Positions 1 to 10,872 are shown, numbered from the stretch's first letter. The stretch: DNA of 64,000 nt from an uncultured Candidatus Rokubacteria bacterium (GCA_963805625.1 CAWDVE010000010.1:2112001-2176000), one strand, 5' to 3'. The notes: a model not told the origin generated them from the letters alone. Numbers and translations are program-made.

Positions 1-1
1 A

Positions 2-1114
2 CTGGACACGTCTCGACCGGCGACGATCTCGGATCGCCCCCGGCGGGGTGAGGTCTCGCTCCGGCAGCTCCGGAAGACCTACGGCCGCCTGACCGCGGTG
101 CGCGACCTGACGCTGGAGATCGCCTCGGGGCAGTTCTTCACCCTCCTCGGCCCGTCCGGCTCCGGCAAGTCGACCACCCTCATGATCATCGCCGGGTTCG
201 TGACCCCCGACGTCGGCACCGTGGTCATCGAGGGACTCCCAATGGAGCACGCGGCGCCCGAGAAGCGCAACCTCGGGATCGTGTTCCAGAACTATGCCCT
301 CTTCCCCCACATGACCGTGTACGAGAACCTGGCCTTTCCCCTCCAGATGCGGCGAGTACCGCCCGGGGACATCGATCGGCGCGTGGAGCAGATCCTGAGC
401 GTCGTCCGCCTCGAGCAATCCCACTGGAAGTATCCCTCTCAGCTCTCCGGGGGCCAGCAGCAGCGGGTGGCCGTCGCCCGGGCCCTGATCTTCGAGCCGG
501 CGGTCCTGCTGATGGACGAGCCCCTGGGCGCCCTCGACAAGAACCTCCGCACCCATCTCCAGATGGAGCTCAAGCACCTGCAGCGCCAGCTCGGCGTGAC
601 CGTGATCTACGTGACCCACGATCAGGACGAGGCGCTCACCATGTCGGACCGGATCGCGGTCATGAATCAGGGGGCGGTCGAGCAGGTGGGGACGCCCGAG
701 GAGCTGTACGAGGAGCCGGCCACCCACTTCGTGGCCGGGTTCGTCGGGGAGAGCAACACGTTGGCCGGCACCTTCGTCCGGGCCCAAGCCGACTGCAGCG
801 AGATCCGCCTGCCCAGCGGGCTGGTCGTGCGGAGCCGCCGCCGTGAGCTCGCGCCCGGGACCGCCTGCACACTGAGCCTCCGTCCGGAACGAGTGGTCCT
901 GGGCCCCGCCCCCCCGGGCCCCGGGGCACTGCCAGGCCGGGTCCTGGAGGTGGTGTACGCCGGTGACACCATTCGCTACTGGGTGGAGGCAGAGGGCGCG
1001 GCCCGGCTCCTGGCCAAGCGGCCAAACGACGGTCAGGGGCCGACCCTCCGGCCCGGCGGCGTCGTCTCCCTCGACTGGCGGAGCGACGACTGCAAGCTCT
1101 TCGAGAGTCCCTGA
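2..1114 (+). CDS. ABC transporter ATP-binding protein, PotA/spermidine-putrescine family (5' partial)
   Basis: Walker A GPSGSGKS, signature LSGGQQQR, Walker B LLMDEP, C-terminal TOBE-like region. The frame is open back to base 2 ([12 protein letters not shown]), so the start lies outside the window. Confidence 0.93.
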   Translation: MDTSRPATISDRPRRGEVSLRQLRKTYGRLTAVRDLTLEIASGQFFTLLGPSGSGKSTTLMIIAGFVTPDVGTVVIEGLPMEHAAPEKRNLGIVFQNYALFPHMTVYENLAFPLQMRRVPPGDIDRRVEQILSVVRLEQSHWKYPSQLSGGQQQRVAVARALIFEPAVLLMDEPLGALDKNLRTHLQMELKHLQRQLGVTVIYVTHDQDEALTMSDRIAVMNQGAVEQVGTPEELYEEPATHFVAGFVGESNTLAGTFVRAQADCSEIRLPSGLVVRSRRRELAPGTACTLSLRPERVVLGPAPPGPGALPGRVLEVVYAGDTIRYWVEAEGAARLLAKRPNDGQGPTLRPGGVVSLDWRSDDCKLFESP

Positions 1115-2943
1115 TGGACTCGCGCTCGCCGGCCGGCGGCTCCGCCGCGCGGCGCGTCGGCGGGGGGCCGGCCACCCGGTGGTGGTTCCTGGCCGTCCCG
1201 GCCCTCCTGTTCGTGACATTGGTCTATCTGGTGCCGCTCGCCTCGATGCTGCTCCAGAGCGTCCTGTCGCCGGAACCGGGGCTCCAGAACTTCGCCGAGC
1301 TCCTGGGCAGCCCCGGCTATCAGCGCGTGCTGCTCCAGACATTGTGGATCGCCCTGCTCGCCACGGTGCTCTGCCTGATCATCGGGTACCCAGTCGCCTA
1401 CGCGATCACCCGGGCCGGACCGGTGGCACGACGCTTCCTCATCATCGGTGTCATCTCACCCTACCTGACGAGCATCCTGGTGCGCACCTTCGCCTGGGAG
1501 GTGCTGCTGGGGCGCCTTGGCGCCATCAACCAGGCGCTGGTACTGCTCGGGTTCCAGACCGAGGGCATCCTCCTGAGCCCCGCCGCGGTCATCGTCGGGC
1601 TGGTCCACATCCTGCTGCCGCTCATGATCCTGCCGGTGTACAGCGTGATGCAGGGAATCGACGAGTCGTTGCCACGGAGTGCTCGGGCCCTCGGGGCCGG
1701 ACCGGCCCGGGCCTTCTTCCGCGTGTATCTCCCGCTCACCCTGCCGGGGGTCGAGGTCGGGTGCGTCCTGGTCTTCGTCTACGGGGTCGGGGCATTCATC
1801 TCGCCTCAGATCCTGGGCGGACGCTCGGGGATCATGCTGGGGGTGGTGATCCAGATCGCGATCGACCGCATGGCCGATCTGGGCTTCGCGGCCGCCGCCG
1901 CGTGCCTGCTCATGCTGATCGTCCTGGCGGTCCTGGTCCTGTACCGCACCGGCATGTCCGGCAGCATCGAGTGGCTGGCGGTCCGGGAGTCGATCGCCCG
2001 GGCTGATCGGAAGCCGCGACGCCGCCAGGTTGAAGGCCCGCCGCGACGCGCCCGCATCCTGCCCCGGCTGGCCGACACGGTCGGCTGGGGCCTCGACGCG
2101 AGCGGCCTCTCGCGGCACGGCAGCCTCCTCTGGGCCTTCACCGCCGCGGTGCTGGTCTTCCTGGTCGTGCCGCAGCTCATCGCGGTGCCCATCTCGTTCT
2201 CGTCGACCCGGACGCTGATCTTCCCGCCCCGCGGCCTGTCCACCCAGTGGTACGCGAACTTCCTCTCCTCCGAGTGGCTGTCTCCGGCCACGACTTCGCT
2301 GGTGGTGGCGGGGGTGGTGGCAGTCGCCGCCACGCTCCTGGGGGCGCTGGCCGGCGTGGGCGTTGTACGGGGTTTGAGCCCGCGGGTCGGCGGGGTGGCC
2401 ACCATGCTACTGCTCCTGCCCCTGCTCATCCCCACGGTGGTGGCTGCCGTGGCGCTCTACCTGGTCTTCGTGCGCCTGCGGCTCACCGACTCGGTGCTGG
2501 GCCTGATCCTGGCCCACACGGCCCTGGCCATCCCCTTCGCGTTCGCCGTCATGAGCGGGCACATGCGGAGCCTGGACCCCACGTTCGAGCGGGCCGCCGC
2601 CAGCCTGGGCGCCGGGCGAATCGCCGTGCTGCGGCGCATCGTGTTTCCGCTGGTGCGGCCGGGGGTGCTGGTGGCCTTGTTCTTCACGCTACTGTTCTCC
2701 TTCGACGAGGCAGTGGTTGCCATCTTCCTCTCGGGTATCCGCGTGAAGACCTTGCCGCGTCGCATGTTCGAGGCGCTGCTGCTGGAGAGCGATCCGACCG
2801 TCGGCGTGGTGGCCACGCTCTCACTGGGACTGTCGGTGCTCGTGTTGATCGGGTCGGCGCGCTTCGGACAGGCCGCCGGCACCCGCGACCGGAGGAGCCC
2901 GAAGGTGGGCGGACGCCGCGGGAGCGACGGTCCCGATGAGTAG
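1114..2943 (+). CDS. Fused double ABC permease (PotB-like + PotC-like), 609 aa
   Basis: Two transmembrane bundles, each with an EAA-type loop (SARALGAG; RAAASLGAG), joined by a basic linker; TGATG overlap with the ATPase gene. Confidence 0.88.
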   Translation: MDSRSPAGGSAARRVGGGPATRWWFLAVPALLFVTLVYLVPLASMLLQSVLSPEPGLQNFAELLGSPGYQRVLLQTLWIALLATVLCLIIGYPVAYAITRAGPVARRFLIIGVISPYLTSILVRTFAWEVLLGRLGAINQALVLLGFQTEGILLSPAAVIVGLVHILLPLMILPVYSVMQGIDESLPRSARALGAGPARAFFRVYLPLTLPGVEVGCVLVFVYGVGAFISPQILGGRSGIMLGVVIQIAIDRMADLGFAAAAACLLMLIVLAVLVLYRTGMSGSIEWLAVRESIARADRKPRRRQVEGPPRRARILPRLADTVGWGLDASGLSRHGSLLWAFTAAVLVFLVVPQLIAVPISFSSTRTLIFPPRGLSTQWYANFLSSEWLSPATTSLVVAGVVAVAATLLGALAGVGVVRGLSPRVGGVATMLLLLPLLIPTVVAAVALYLVFVRLRLTDSVLGLILAHTALAIPFAFAVMSGHMRSLDPTFERAAASLGAGRIAVLRRIVFPLVRPGVLVALFFTLLFSFDEAVVAIFLSGIRVKTLPRRMFEALLLESDPTVGVVATLSLGLSVLVLIGSARFGQAAGTRDRRSPKVGGRRGSDGPDE

Positions 2944-3026
2944 GGCCGGTGCGCGGGCCAGCTCGACGTGCGAAGATGCGGCGGACCGGTAAGCGCCACG
3001 ACCGGCCCCGATCGAAGGAGACCCAC

Positions 3027-4019
3027 ATGGCCGAGACCAAGGACACGCTCAGCCGCATCGGGGTGTACGTGTTCCCGTGGGGCAAGCAGCCCCCCACCGT
3101 GGAGTCGGTGGTGCGGTTGACGCGACACATGGAGCGGCTGGGACTGGACTCCGTCCAGATGCCCTGGCACTTCACCCTCCCCCCGGCGCGGTTCGGATGG
3201 GGGAACCGGTACCTGCTCGATCCGCTGGTGGTCCTGCCGGCAATGGTGGCCGGCACGACCCGGATCCGCATCGGCCTGAACTCCGGCCTGGTGCCGCTCG
3301 TCCACCCATTCTTCTGGGCCCAGTACCTGGCGTCGCTGGACGCCATGTCGGGAGGCCGGACCATCGCCGGCCTGGCCCTGGGCTGGTGGGAGGAGGATTT
3401 CACGGTCGGGGGCGCGAAGCTGGGCGAGCGTGGGAAACGGACCGACGAGGGACTCGAGATCATCTCTCGGCTGTGGCGCGGCGAGCCGATCGAGACGGCG
3501 GGGCGGTTCTGGGACGCCCGCGGGCTGCGCCTGGATCCCCGGCCCTCGCCCCGGATGCCGCTGTGGATCGGCGGGGGCGCGAAGTCGATCGAGCGAGCGG
3601 CCCGCCACGCCCAGGGGCTCAACCCCCTGCATCCATCCCTCGACGAGGTTCGGACCGTCCTCAGGCCCGGACTGGACGCGGCAGCCTCGCGCCTCGGGCG
3701 GCCACGGCCAACGCTGGCCGTCTTCAACTACTGCGTGGTCATCGAGCCGTCCGACAGCCCGCGCTGGGTTCGGGAGGAGCTGATGCCGACCCTGCGGGCC
3801 CGGCTCCACGGGCAGGAGCCGGACGACTCGATCGTGTGGGGCTCACCGGAACAGTGCGCGGAGCGGCTGGGCAAGCTATTCGACGCCGGGGCCGACTACA
3901 TCCTGTTCGACGGCAACCTGCACGGGTGGCTGCCTGAGCAATTCAGTGAGGAGCAGATGAGCCGCTTCGTGGAGCGGGTGGTGCCGCTGCTCGACCGCCC
4001 GGGAGCCGGCCGGCCCTGA
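3027..4019 (+). CDS. LLM-class (luciferase-like) flavin-dependent oxidoreductase
   Basis: Motifs DPLVVL..TTRIRIG, ASLDAMSGGR, PLWIGGG, GSPEQCAERL; AAGGAG RBS at 3015-3020 before ATG 3027. Confidence 0.85.
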   Translation: MAETKDTLSRIGVYVFPWGKQPPTVESVVRLTRHMERLGLDSVQMPWHFTLPPARFGWGNRYLLDPLVVLPAMVAGTTRIRIGLNSGLVPLVHPFFWAQYLASLDAMSGGRTIAGLALGWWEEDFTVGGAKLGERGKRTDEGLEIISRLWRGEPIETAGRFWDARGLRLDPRPSPRMPLWIGGGAKSIERAARHAQGLNPLHPSLDEVRTVLRPGLDAAASRLGRPRPTLAVFNYCVVIEPSDSPRWVREELMPTLRARLHGQEPDDSIVWGSPEQCAERLGKLFDAGADYILFDGNLHGWLPEQFSEEQMSRFVERVVPLLDRPGAGRP

Positions 4020-4094
4020 CGGGAGGACTCGGGTTCCCGGCCGACGACTAGGACCGATCGGATCGCCGCCCCGTGGCGGCAGAAGGAGAAGACC

Positions 4095-5177
4095 ATGACC
4101 CAGGACGAGACGCGGGCCGCAGGCAATCTGTCCCGACGGGCGTTCCTCCAGCGCGGCGGCGTCGCCGTGGGCGCGCTGGCGCTCCACGGCTCGCTTCCGA
4201 CCGCCGCCGGGGCAGCCGCGGGGAGCCTGGTGTACTCGGGCTTCGGCGGCATCTACGAGCAGGGCATCCGCCAGGCCGTCCTCACGCCCTTCCAGCAGCA
4301 GACTGGCATCCAAGTCGAGGTGACCACCGGCTCTTCCAGCATCGCCAAGATTCGCGCCATGGTCACCGCCAAGCGCACCGAGTGGGATGTGATCGACGCG
4401 ACGGGACCGGCCTTCGGGCAGCTCCTGACCGAAAACCTGCTCCAGCCGCTCGACCTCTCGATTGTCAAGACTTCGGATCTGGCGAGTCCCAAGTATGTCG
4501 GCCCGTACGGGGTCGCTATCTACGCCTACAGCCACAACATCTTCTGGAACACGAAGGTGATCGCCGCGCCGCTCAACAGCTGGGCGGACATGTGGAACGT
4601 CGCCAAGTTCCCCGGCAAGCGCGGGTTCCAGAACGTCCCTTGGTACACCCTGGAGGTGGCCCTGGTGGCCGACGGGGTGCCGATCGACAAGCTCTATCCG
4701 CTCGACGTCGATCGGGCCTTCCGCAGCCTGGACCGGATCAAGGCGCACGCGGCATTCCTGGACCTCAACACGTTGACCAATCTGGTGGCGCAGCAGGAGA
4801 TCGTCACCGGCGACCTGAATCTGGCCCGGGTCCAGAAGCTCGTCAAGGACGGCGTCCCGCTAGCCTACAACTGGAAGGAGACCCTGGTGGACGTCGAGCG
4901 CTGGCCGATCCCTGTGGGCGCGCCGAATCCCGCCCAGGCGAACCAGCTGATCAACTTTGCCCTCCAGCCCGAGCAGCAGCTGCAGATCCTGAAGATCCTG
5001 GGCTACAGCCCGACCGGCAAGGCGGCCATCGCCCGGATCGATCCCGAGCAGGCCAAGGACCTGCCCGGCACCCCGGCCACGGCGCCCCAGAGCTTCTATC
5101 TCGATCCGGAGTGGTGGGCCCAGAACGGCAAGGCGGTGGAGAAGCGGTTCCAGGAGTGGCTGCTCACGGCCCGGTGA
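4095..5177 (+). CDS. ABC substrate-binding protein, PotD/PotF-like, Tat-exported
   Basis: Twin-arginine signal SRRAFLQ; SWADMW, FPGKRG, LEVALVADGV, LYPLDVDRAF motifs; AAGGAG RBS. Confidence 0.9.
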   Translation: MTQDETRAAGNLSRRAFLQRGGVAVGALALHGSLPTAAGAAAGSLVYSGFGGIYEQGIRQAVLTPFQQQTGIQVEVTTGSSSIAKIRAMVTAKRTEWDVIDATGPAFGQLLTENLLQPLDLSIVKTSDLASPKYVGPYGVAIYAYSHNIFWNTKVIAAPLNSWADMWNVAKFPGKRGFQNVPWYTLEVALVADGVPIDKLYPLDVDRAFRSLDRIKAHAAFLDLNTLTNLVAQQEIVTGDLNLARVQKLVKDGVPLAYNWKETLVDVERWPIPVGAPNPAQANQLINFALQPEQQLQILKILGYSPTGKAAIARIDPEQAKDLPGTPATAPQSFYLDPEWWAQNGKAVEKRFQEWLLTAR

Positions 5178-5255
5178 CGGCTCGCGCGGCCGCGCGCGCC
5201 CTTACAGACACTGCTGCGAGAAAGTAGCCCGCGAGGCGGTGGAGGGCGTCGTCGG

Positions 5256-5430
5256 TTAGAGCACGCGGCCGCCCCACGGCACCCTGGGCGAACCGGGAGA
5301 ACCGGAAGGGTCGGAGGTCGAGCGATGGTTTGCCGTCGGTGACGAGCTCGGCGACGAACCGGCCGACGATGGGGCCCATCGCGAAGCCGTGCCCGGTGAA
5401 TCCGGTCGCGAGGACGACCCGGAGGCTCCG
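5256..5430 (-). pseudogene. C-terminal remnant of an FAD-dependent (DAO/sarcosine oxidase-like) oxidoreductase
   Basis: VLATGFTGHGFAMGPIVGRFVAELV..LDLRPFRFSRF is the typical DAO-family C-terminus; no N-terminal part upstream. Confidence 0.7.
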
Positions 5431-5734
5431 CCTCCCCCACGACCGGGATCGCGTCCGGCGCGGCGTCGATGCAGCCAGCCCAGCTCCGCGTGACCGCGCG
5501 ACGGATAGAAACTGCCGCAGGGAGGGAAGATTAACGCCCTCCACCCGCTCGAGAGCCACGAGGTCGTCGGGCGTCCTGACACCTATCCGTTCGGGCTCAC
5601 TGACGGTGGCCGGGCGCCGCGCACCACGCTCCGACAGTCCCACCCGACGTCGTCCGGGCGCCCGCCGGCCTCACCAGCGCGCGATCACCTGGCGGGGAGG
5701 CGCCGCGCCGTCGCGATCCGACGCCGCCTGACCG

Positions 5735-6767
5735 TCAGCGCAGCCCGAGGCTGTCCGCGTCCGCCTCGGCGCGAGCTGGTTCCTCCATGAGCCCCGCGAG
5801 CGCCCGGTGCACGTCGAGCTCGCCCTCGAGCACCTGGGCGAGCGCTGCCGTGATGGGCATGTGCAGGCCCTCGCGCGCGGCGACCGCGTGGACGGTGCGC
5901 GTCGTGCGCACGCCCTCGGCCACCGTGCCAAGCTCTCGGAGAATCTCGGGCAGCGCCCTGCCCTGCGCCAGCCCGAGGCCCACCCGATAGTTGCGCGAAT
6001 GGGGGGACGAGCACGTGACGACGAGATCCCCCATCCCGGAGAGGCCGGCCAGCGTCAGGAGCCGCGCGCCATGGTGGACCGCGAAGCGGGCCATCTCGGC
6101 CAGGCCACGGGTCATCAGTAGGCTCCGCGCGTTCTCGCCCAGGCCGAGGCCGGTGACGACGCCGGACGCGATCGCGATGATGTTCTTGAGCGCCCCGCCG
6201 AGCTCCACGCCGACCACGTCGTCGTTGGCGTACACGCGAAACCGCGGACTGGTGAGCGCCCGCTGCGCGACCTCGACCACCTCCGGATAGTCGCTCGCCA
6301 CCACGGTGGCGGCGGGCAGCCCCGCGAGAATCTCGGGCGCGATGTTGGGGCCGCTCAGGGCCCCCAGCTTCCGGATCGCCGTCTCCTCGCGCACGATCCG
6401 GGACAGGGTCCGGCCCGTCTCGAGCTCGAGACCCTTGGTCGCGTGCACCACGATCTGGTCCGCGAGCACCACGGCGCCGAGATCCCGGATGACCGGCCGG
6501 GCCGCCGTCGACGGCACCACCGCCAGCACGAGGCGCGCGCCCCGGACGGCCTGCTGCCAGATCGTCGGTCGGCTCGATGCCGGCGGCGAGCCGGATCGGG
6601 CCGGTGTACCGACGATTCGTCCCGTGCTCGCGAATCTCGCGCACCGTCTCGCGGTCGCGCATCCAGAAGCGCACGCCGCCCCCCGCGAGCGCGCAGAGCT
6701 GAGCCAGGGTGGTGCCCCAGCTCCCGCCCCCGAGGACGGCGATCTCCAGCCGGGGCCCCGCGCTCAC
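5735..6767 (-). CDS. gpsA: NAD(P)H-dependent glycerol-3-phosphate dehydrogenase, frameshifted near 6550
   Basis: N-terminal VLGGGSWGTTLA in ORF 5685..6767; ATKGLE, LSGPN, VELGGALKN, GMGDLVVTC..SRN in ORF 5735..6529; one indel joins them. Confidence 0.9.
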
Positions 6768-8446
6768 CGGCGATGGCCCCTGCGCGCCCGTGGCTCGAGA
6801 AACAGGTACCGGTCCAGATCGTAGGCCGCGAGTCGATTGCGGTAGTAGTACACGAGGGCCGGATTGCTGACGTGGATCCGGTCGCCGCGGCGCTCGAGCG
6901 GCGGAGGCGCGTGATAGAGTCCGAGCGCGCGCTCGGCGGAGGCCACGATCTGGGCGGCGTCGCCGCCCAGGTCCGCGGGGAGGGAGAGCTGGCCCGCCTG
7001 GGCCTTCTGTCGCAGTGTCCCGAGCAGCCGGGCCACGCGCTCGGTGAGCTCCGCCACGTCAAGTCCCTCGGCGATGCGTCGCGAGCGCAGGACCCGGTAG
7101 AGATCCCGCTCGCCCGACCGTTCCACGAGCGCCTGCATGACGGCGAAGCAGGTGATGTGCGTTGGCAGGACCGTGTGGCTCCGGTGCAGGCGGTCCACGA
7201 TCGCCGTCCCGAGCTCCCGGGTGTACTGGCGATCCCGGGCCGCGTCGAGCACCGGATGCCCCCCGGCATCGAACACGTAGCGCCGCTCGTCGACCACGCG
7301 CCCGTGCGGGTCGATCGACCGTCCCTCGTCGTCGACCTCGTTCCCGAACGGGTCGAGCGCCCGCCCGAAGCGGACGTGGATCTGCCCGTCCATGGCCAGG
7401 AGGGCCGAAATGAACTTGGCGACGCGCGCGGGACGGCTGACCTCATCGTCGTCGATGATGTACCGGCTCTGGCCCTCCTCCCGGAGGTAGTCGTCGATGA
7501 GGGTCTCGGCCTCGAGCACGACGTGATAGCTGACCGTGGTCGGGACGATGAAGACGCGCGGATGGGGTCGGCCCGCCTGGAGGTTGAGGATGTAGGCCTC
7601 GAGCCCGCACCCGAGCAGGCCGAGCTTCAGCGCCTGCTCGATGGCGCCCGAGCGCGAGCGCGTCCCGCCCGGGAAGAACAGGTTCCCGAGCCGGCGGCTC
7701 AGGGTCGCCACGCAGTAGTTCTTCAGCGTCCGCTTGTAGAGCCCCTCGTCCTTGAGCCGGTCCACCTTGTACGTGCCGAGCTGCTGCAGGAAGAACCCGA
7801 GCAGCGGGTTCGCGAACAGGTTCTTGCCTGCGCCGTAGATGAACCGTGGCAGGCCCACGCGCTGCAGCACGTACCCCACCACCAGCGAGTCCATGTGCGA
7901 CGCATGGGTCGGGGTGCACACGAGCGTGCCCGCCTGGGCGAGGCGCGATAACGGCTCGACCGCCCCGTCGATCACGAGGCGCGTGTCGAGATCCTCGCGC
8001 TTGAGCCCCTCGAGTAGAAGGCGCGGCAGCGAGGTGGCCGAGAGGAGCAGCGACAGGAAGCCCGGTGCGAGCCAGGAGACCAGGGCGAACATGCGCGGAT
8101 CGAAGTGGCCGCCGATCTCCGCCGCGTAGTGCTCGCACAGCGCGTGGGTCGCGGCCTCGAGTCGGGCCGGGTCCCGGGACTGGATCGCCTCCTGCGCGCG
8201 CTCGAGCACGCGCGCCTCCGCGTCGTCGGGCGGATGGGTCCGTGCCCGCCGGTCGGCGTGATAGAGGCAATCGTTCAGGGTCTCGTCGAGCGCCTCCCGC
8301 CCGGCCCGGGCGCGCACGATACTCTCCTCCGCCGAGCGGCGTGCGGCTTCCCGCCTGACGGCGACCTCATCGAGAGCTCCCACCGGAACCGGCATGGACG
8401 GCCATGATACCGACGCCCCTCCCGTGTGGTCAAAGCCGGTGGCCAT
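6764..8446 (-). CDS. Glycerol-3-phosphate acyltransferase, PlsB-like (start uncertain)
   Basis: HxxxxD motif THASHMDS, YGAGKNL, FFPGGTRSRSG, KLGLL; GTGA-coupled to gpsA. Confidence 0.85.
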   Translation of the reverse strand: MATGFDHTGGASVSWPSMPVPVGALDEVAVRREAARRSAEESIVRARAGREALDETLNDCLYHADRRARTHPPDDAEARVLERAQEAIQSRDPARLEAATHALCEHYAAEIGGHFDPRMFALVSWLAPGFLSLLLSATSLPRLLLEGLKREDLDTRLVIDGAVEPLSRLAQAGTLVCTPTHASHMDSLVVGYVLQRVGLPRFIYGAGKNLFANPLLGFFLQQLGTYKVDRLKDEGLYKRTLKNYCVATLSRRLGNLFFPGGTRSRSGAIEQALKLGLLGCGLEAYILNLQAGRPHPRVFIVPTTVSYHVVLEAETLIDDYLREEGQSRYIIDDDEVSRPARVAKFISALLAMDGQIHVRFGRALDPFGNEVDDEGRSIDPHGRVVDERRYVFDAGGHPVLDAARDRQYTRELGTAIVDRLHRSHTVLPTHITCFAVMQALVERSGERDLYRVLRSRRIAEGLDVAELTERVARLLGTLRQKAQAGQLSLPADLGGDAAQIVASAERALGLYHAPPPLERRGDRIHVSNPALVYYYRNRLAAYDLDRYLFLEPRARRGHRR

Positions 8447-8909
8447 TCACGCTCCGAGGGCCCGCGTGGCGTGCCAATCTGCGTTCGCAAGGATGTCTCG
8501 CCTGCCCGGCGTTGGATGAACACCGGACCTCCGGTGTTGGGCTCGGCATCAGGCCACAGAAGCTACTGACATCGCCGCTTTGGTAGGCGAGCGCTACGCG
8601 CGACCGTCCACCGGCGGAGTCTCCCGCCCGGGGTCAGCCCCCGGATCACCCTCGAGCCGTCACGCGACCGGGATGTTCCCGATGCTCGAACGTCGGGGGG
8701 CCTAGGATCCCCACTGGAGCGACACTCCGAACGGGACGAGTTCTAACCACTGCGGTGTCCGCCACCTCCTCTCCGGGAGGGGACGGCCCGGTCGCCGACA
8801 AGCGGCTCTACCCATGCCGCCCCGTCCGGCCCCGCGGCCTGGCCGACATCCAACAGGTCCGAAGGAAGGGCGCTCCATCTCGTCCCGCGAGGGTTTGATG
8901 ACCCGCACC

Positions 8910-9167
8910 TCAGCGCAGCACCACGCTCTGCAGGGACCGGATGCGCTTGCCCGCGAACCCGCGGATGCTCTCGGGCGCGCCCCCAGCCTTGAGCACGTCG
9001 GCCTCCAGCACAGTCGGGTCGAACACGACGCCGGTCTTCTTCGTGATCTCCCTGATCGGCATCTACTCCAACCTGTGCGCTCTCCCGTCGTGGTACAACA
9101 GGTCGAGGTCGTAGTGCGGCACGTTCGCGTGGGCGGTCGAGGCGTACAAGGCGAGCGCGAGCAGCAT
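8910..9167 (-). pseudogene. Small secreted protein gene with one in-frame TAG (9065-9063)
   Basis: AAGGAG RBS, ATG 9167, signal-like MLLALALYASTAHA, 34 codons, TAG, then 50 more codons with genome-typical codon usage to TGA 8910. Not in the ORF track. Confidence 0.55.
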
Positions 9168-9220
9168 GGAGTCTCCTTCGGGAGGCGGCGCACGTTATCC
9201 TGGAAACTCCGGAGACTACC

Positions 9221-10588
9221 ATGTCATCCCCCACCGAAGCCCCGCGCCCCAAGGCCGTGCTCGTCGGCGTGCAACTTCCAGGCGTCACCGACGCGGAACA
9301 GCGGTCATCGCTGATGGAGCTCAAGCGCCTGTGCAAGACGCTCGGCTTCGAGGTCGTCGGCGAGGTGACCCAGAAGCGCAAGGGCCTCGGCGCGGCCACG
9401 CTGCTCGGCGAGGGCAAGCTCGTGGAGCTGGCCGCCTGGACCGGCGGCACGGGCGTCGTCCCCAAGGGACCCCCCGGCAAGAAGAAAGTGACCGAAGAAG
9501 ACGAAGAGGAGGACGAGACCGAGCCGCTCCACCTCGACGCGCCGCCGGCGCCGACCGGGGAGCCGCGCGCCACCGTCGTCGTCATCGACCACGAGCTGTC
9601 GCCTCGCCAGCTCCACCACATCGAGCGCGCGACCTCGGCCGCGGCGGTCCTCGATCGCACGGGCGTGATCATCGAGATCTTCCACCGGCACGCGTCGAGC
9701 CGACCGGCGCGCCTGCAGGTCGAGATTGCGCGGCTCACGTATGTGGCCCCCCGGTTGCGCGAGACCGGTGGCGGCGAGCGCCAGCGCGGCGGCATCGGGC
9801 TGAGGGGCGCGGGGGAGTCCTCCGTGGAGCTCGATCGCCGCAAGATCCGCGACCGCATCTCCGAGCTCAAGACGGAGCTGGCCGCCATCGACGACGAGTC
9901 GAGGACACGACGGGCGAGGCGTCAGGCGGCGCTGCGCGTCGCGCTGGTCGGGTACACCAACTCGGGCAAGTCGTCGCTGATGCGCGCCCTCACCGGCTCG
10001 CACGTGCTTGTCGCCGACACGCTGTTCGCGACCCTCGACACCACCGTCCGTGCCCTGTGGCCCGAGACTCGGCCGCGTATCTTGGTTTCGGACACGGTGG
10101 GTTTCATCAAGAAGCTCCCGCACGACCTCGTCGCCAGCTTCCGCTCGACGCTCGACGAGGCGCTCGAAGCGTCACTGCTGCTGCAGATCGTCGATGCGGC
10201 CGACCCGGTCTTCCGCGCTCAGATGCAGGTCACCCGCGAGGTGCTGGACGAGATCGGCGCCGGCGACGTGCCGTGGATCCTCGTCCTCAACAAGATCGAC
10301 AAGGTCGCCCAGACCGATCGGGAGGAGCTGTTGAAGGAGTTCCCGGCCGCGCTGCTCGTCTCGGCCAAGGACCCGGCGGATGTCAGGCGCGTGCGGGACG
10401 CGATCATCAGGACCTTCGAGGCGAAGATGACCGAGGTCGAGCTCGTCGTCCCGTACGACGCGGGTAGCGCGATCGGCGAAATCCACAAGGTCCACGTGAT
10501 CTCGGAGTCCTACGAAGGGGACGGCGTGCACTATCGAGTGAGGGCCCCCGAGGCCGCGATCGAGCGGATACGGGCGATGCTGCGCTAG
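9221..10588 (+). CDS. hflX: Ribosome-splitting GTPase HflX
   Basis: LSPRQ..IER, LDRTGVIIEIF, LQVEIARL, G1 GYTNSGKS, LFATLD, DTVGF, NKID. Confidence 0.95.
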   Translation: MSSPTEAPRPKAVLVGVQLPGVTDAEQRSSLMELKRLCKTLGFEVVGEVTQKRKGLGAATLLGEGKLVELAAWTGGTGVVPKGPPGKKKVTEEDEEEDETEPLHLDAPPAPTGEPRATVVVIDHELSPRQLHHIERATSAAAVLDRTGVIIEIFHRHASSRPARLQVEIARLTYVAPRLRETGGGERQRGGIGLRGAGESSVELDRRKIRDRISELKTELAAIDDESRTRRARRQAALRVALVGYTNSGKSSLMRALTGSHVLVADTLFATLDTTVRALWPETRPRILVSDTVGFIKKLPHDLVASFRSTLDEALEASLLLQIVDAADPVFRAQMQVTREVLDEIGAGDVPWILVLNKIDKVAQTDREELLKEFPAALLVSAKDPADVRRVRDAIIRTFEAKMTEVELVVPYDAGSAIGEIHKVHVISESYEGDGVHYRVRAPEAAIERIRAMLR

Positions 10589-10872
10589 AGGACGCGGTCG
10601 ATGCTCATCGGGGTGCTCCAGAGGATCTGCCCGAAGGCCCTGTGGATTCTGGCTCCCGCTCGCTTTCCCGCAGCCGCGGTAACAGCTCGCCTACGCGGGG
10701 AAGCTCTTCGCTGGCGGCACGCGTGATGGCAGAGACCGCGGCATCCAGCAGGGATTTCACCGAATCCTCACGCACCGCGGCGAGACTCGCAAACTCAGAA
10801 ATCTCAACCGACGGGATGGCAGGTGGTGTCTCCAACGTGATTCGAACTCGTGTTTCAGCCTTGAGAGGGCGG

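Noticed and set aside
8462-8478. TTGGCACG upstream of the plsB-like gene as a sigma54 promoter
   Set aside because: No GC at the required -12 spacing.
8743-9888. Long antisense and alternate-frame ORFs (e.g. 8743..9888, 17392..18819, 35610..37691, 53313..55040)
   Set aside because: Shadows of real genes in high-GC DNA; no family motifs.
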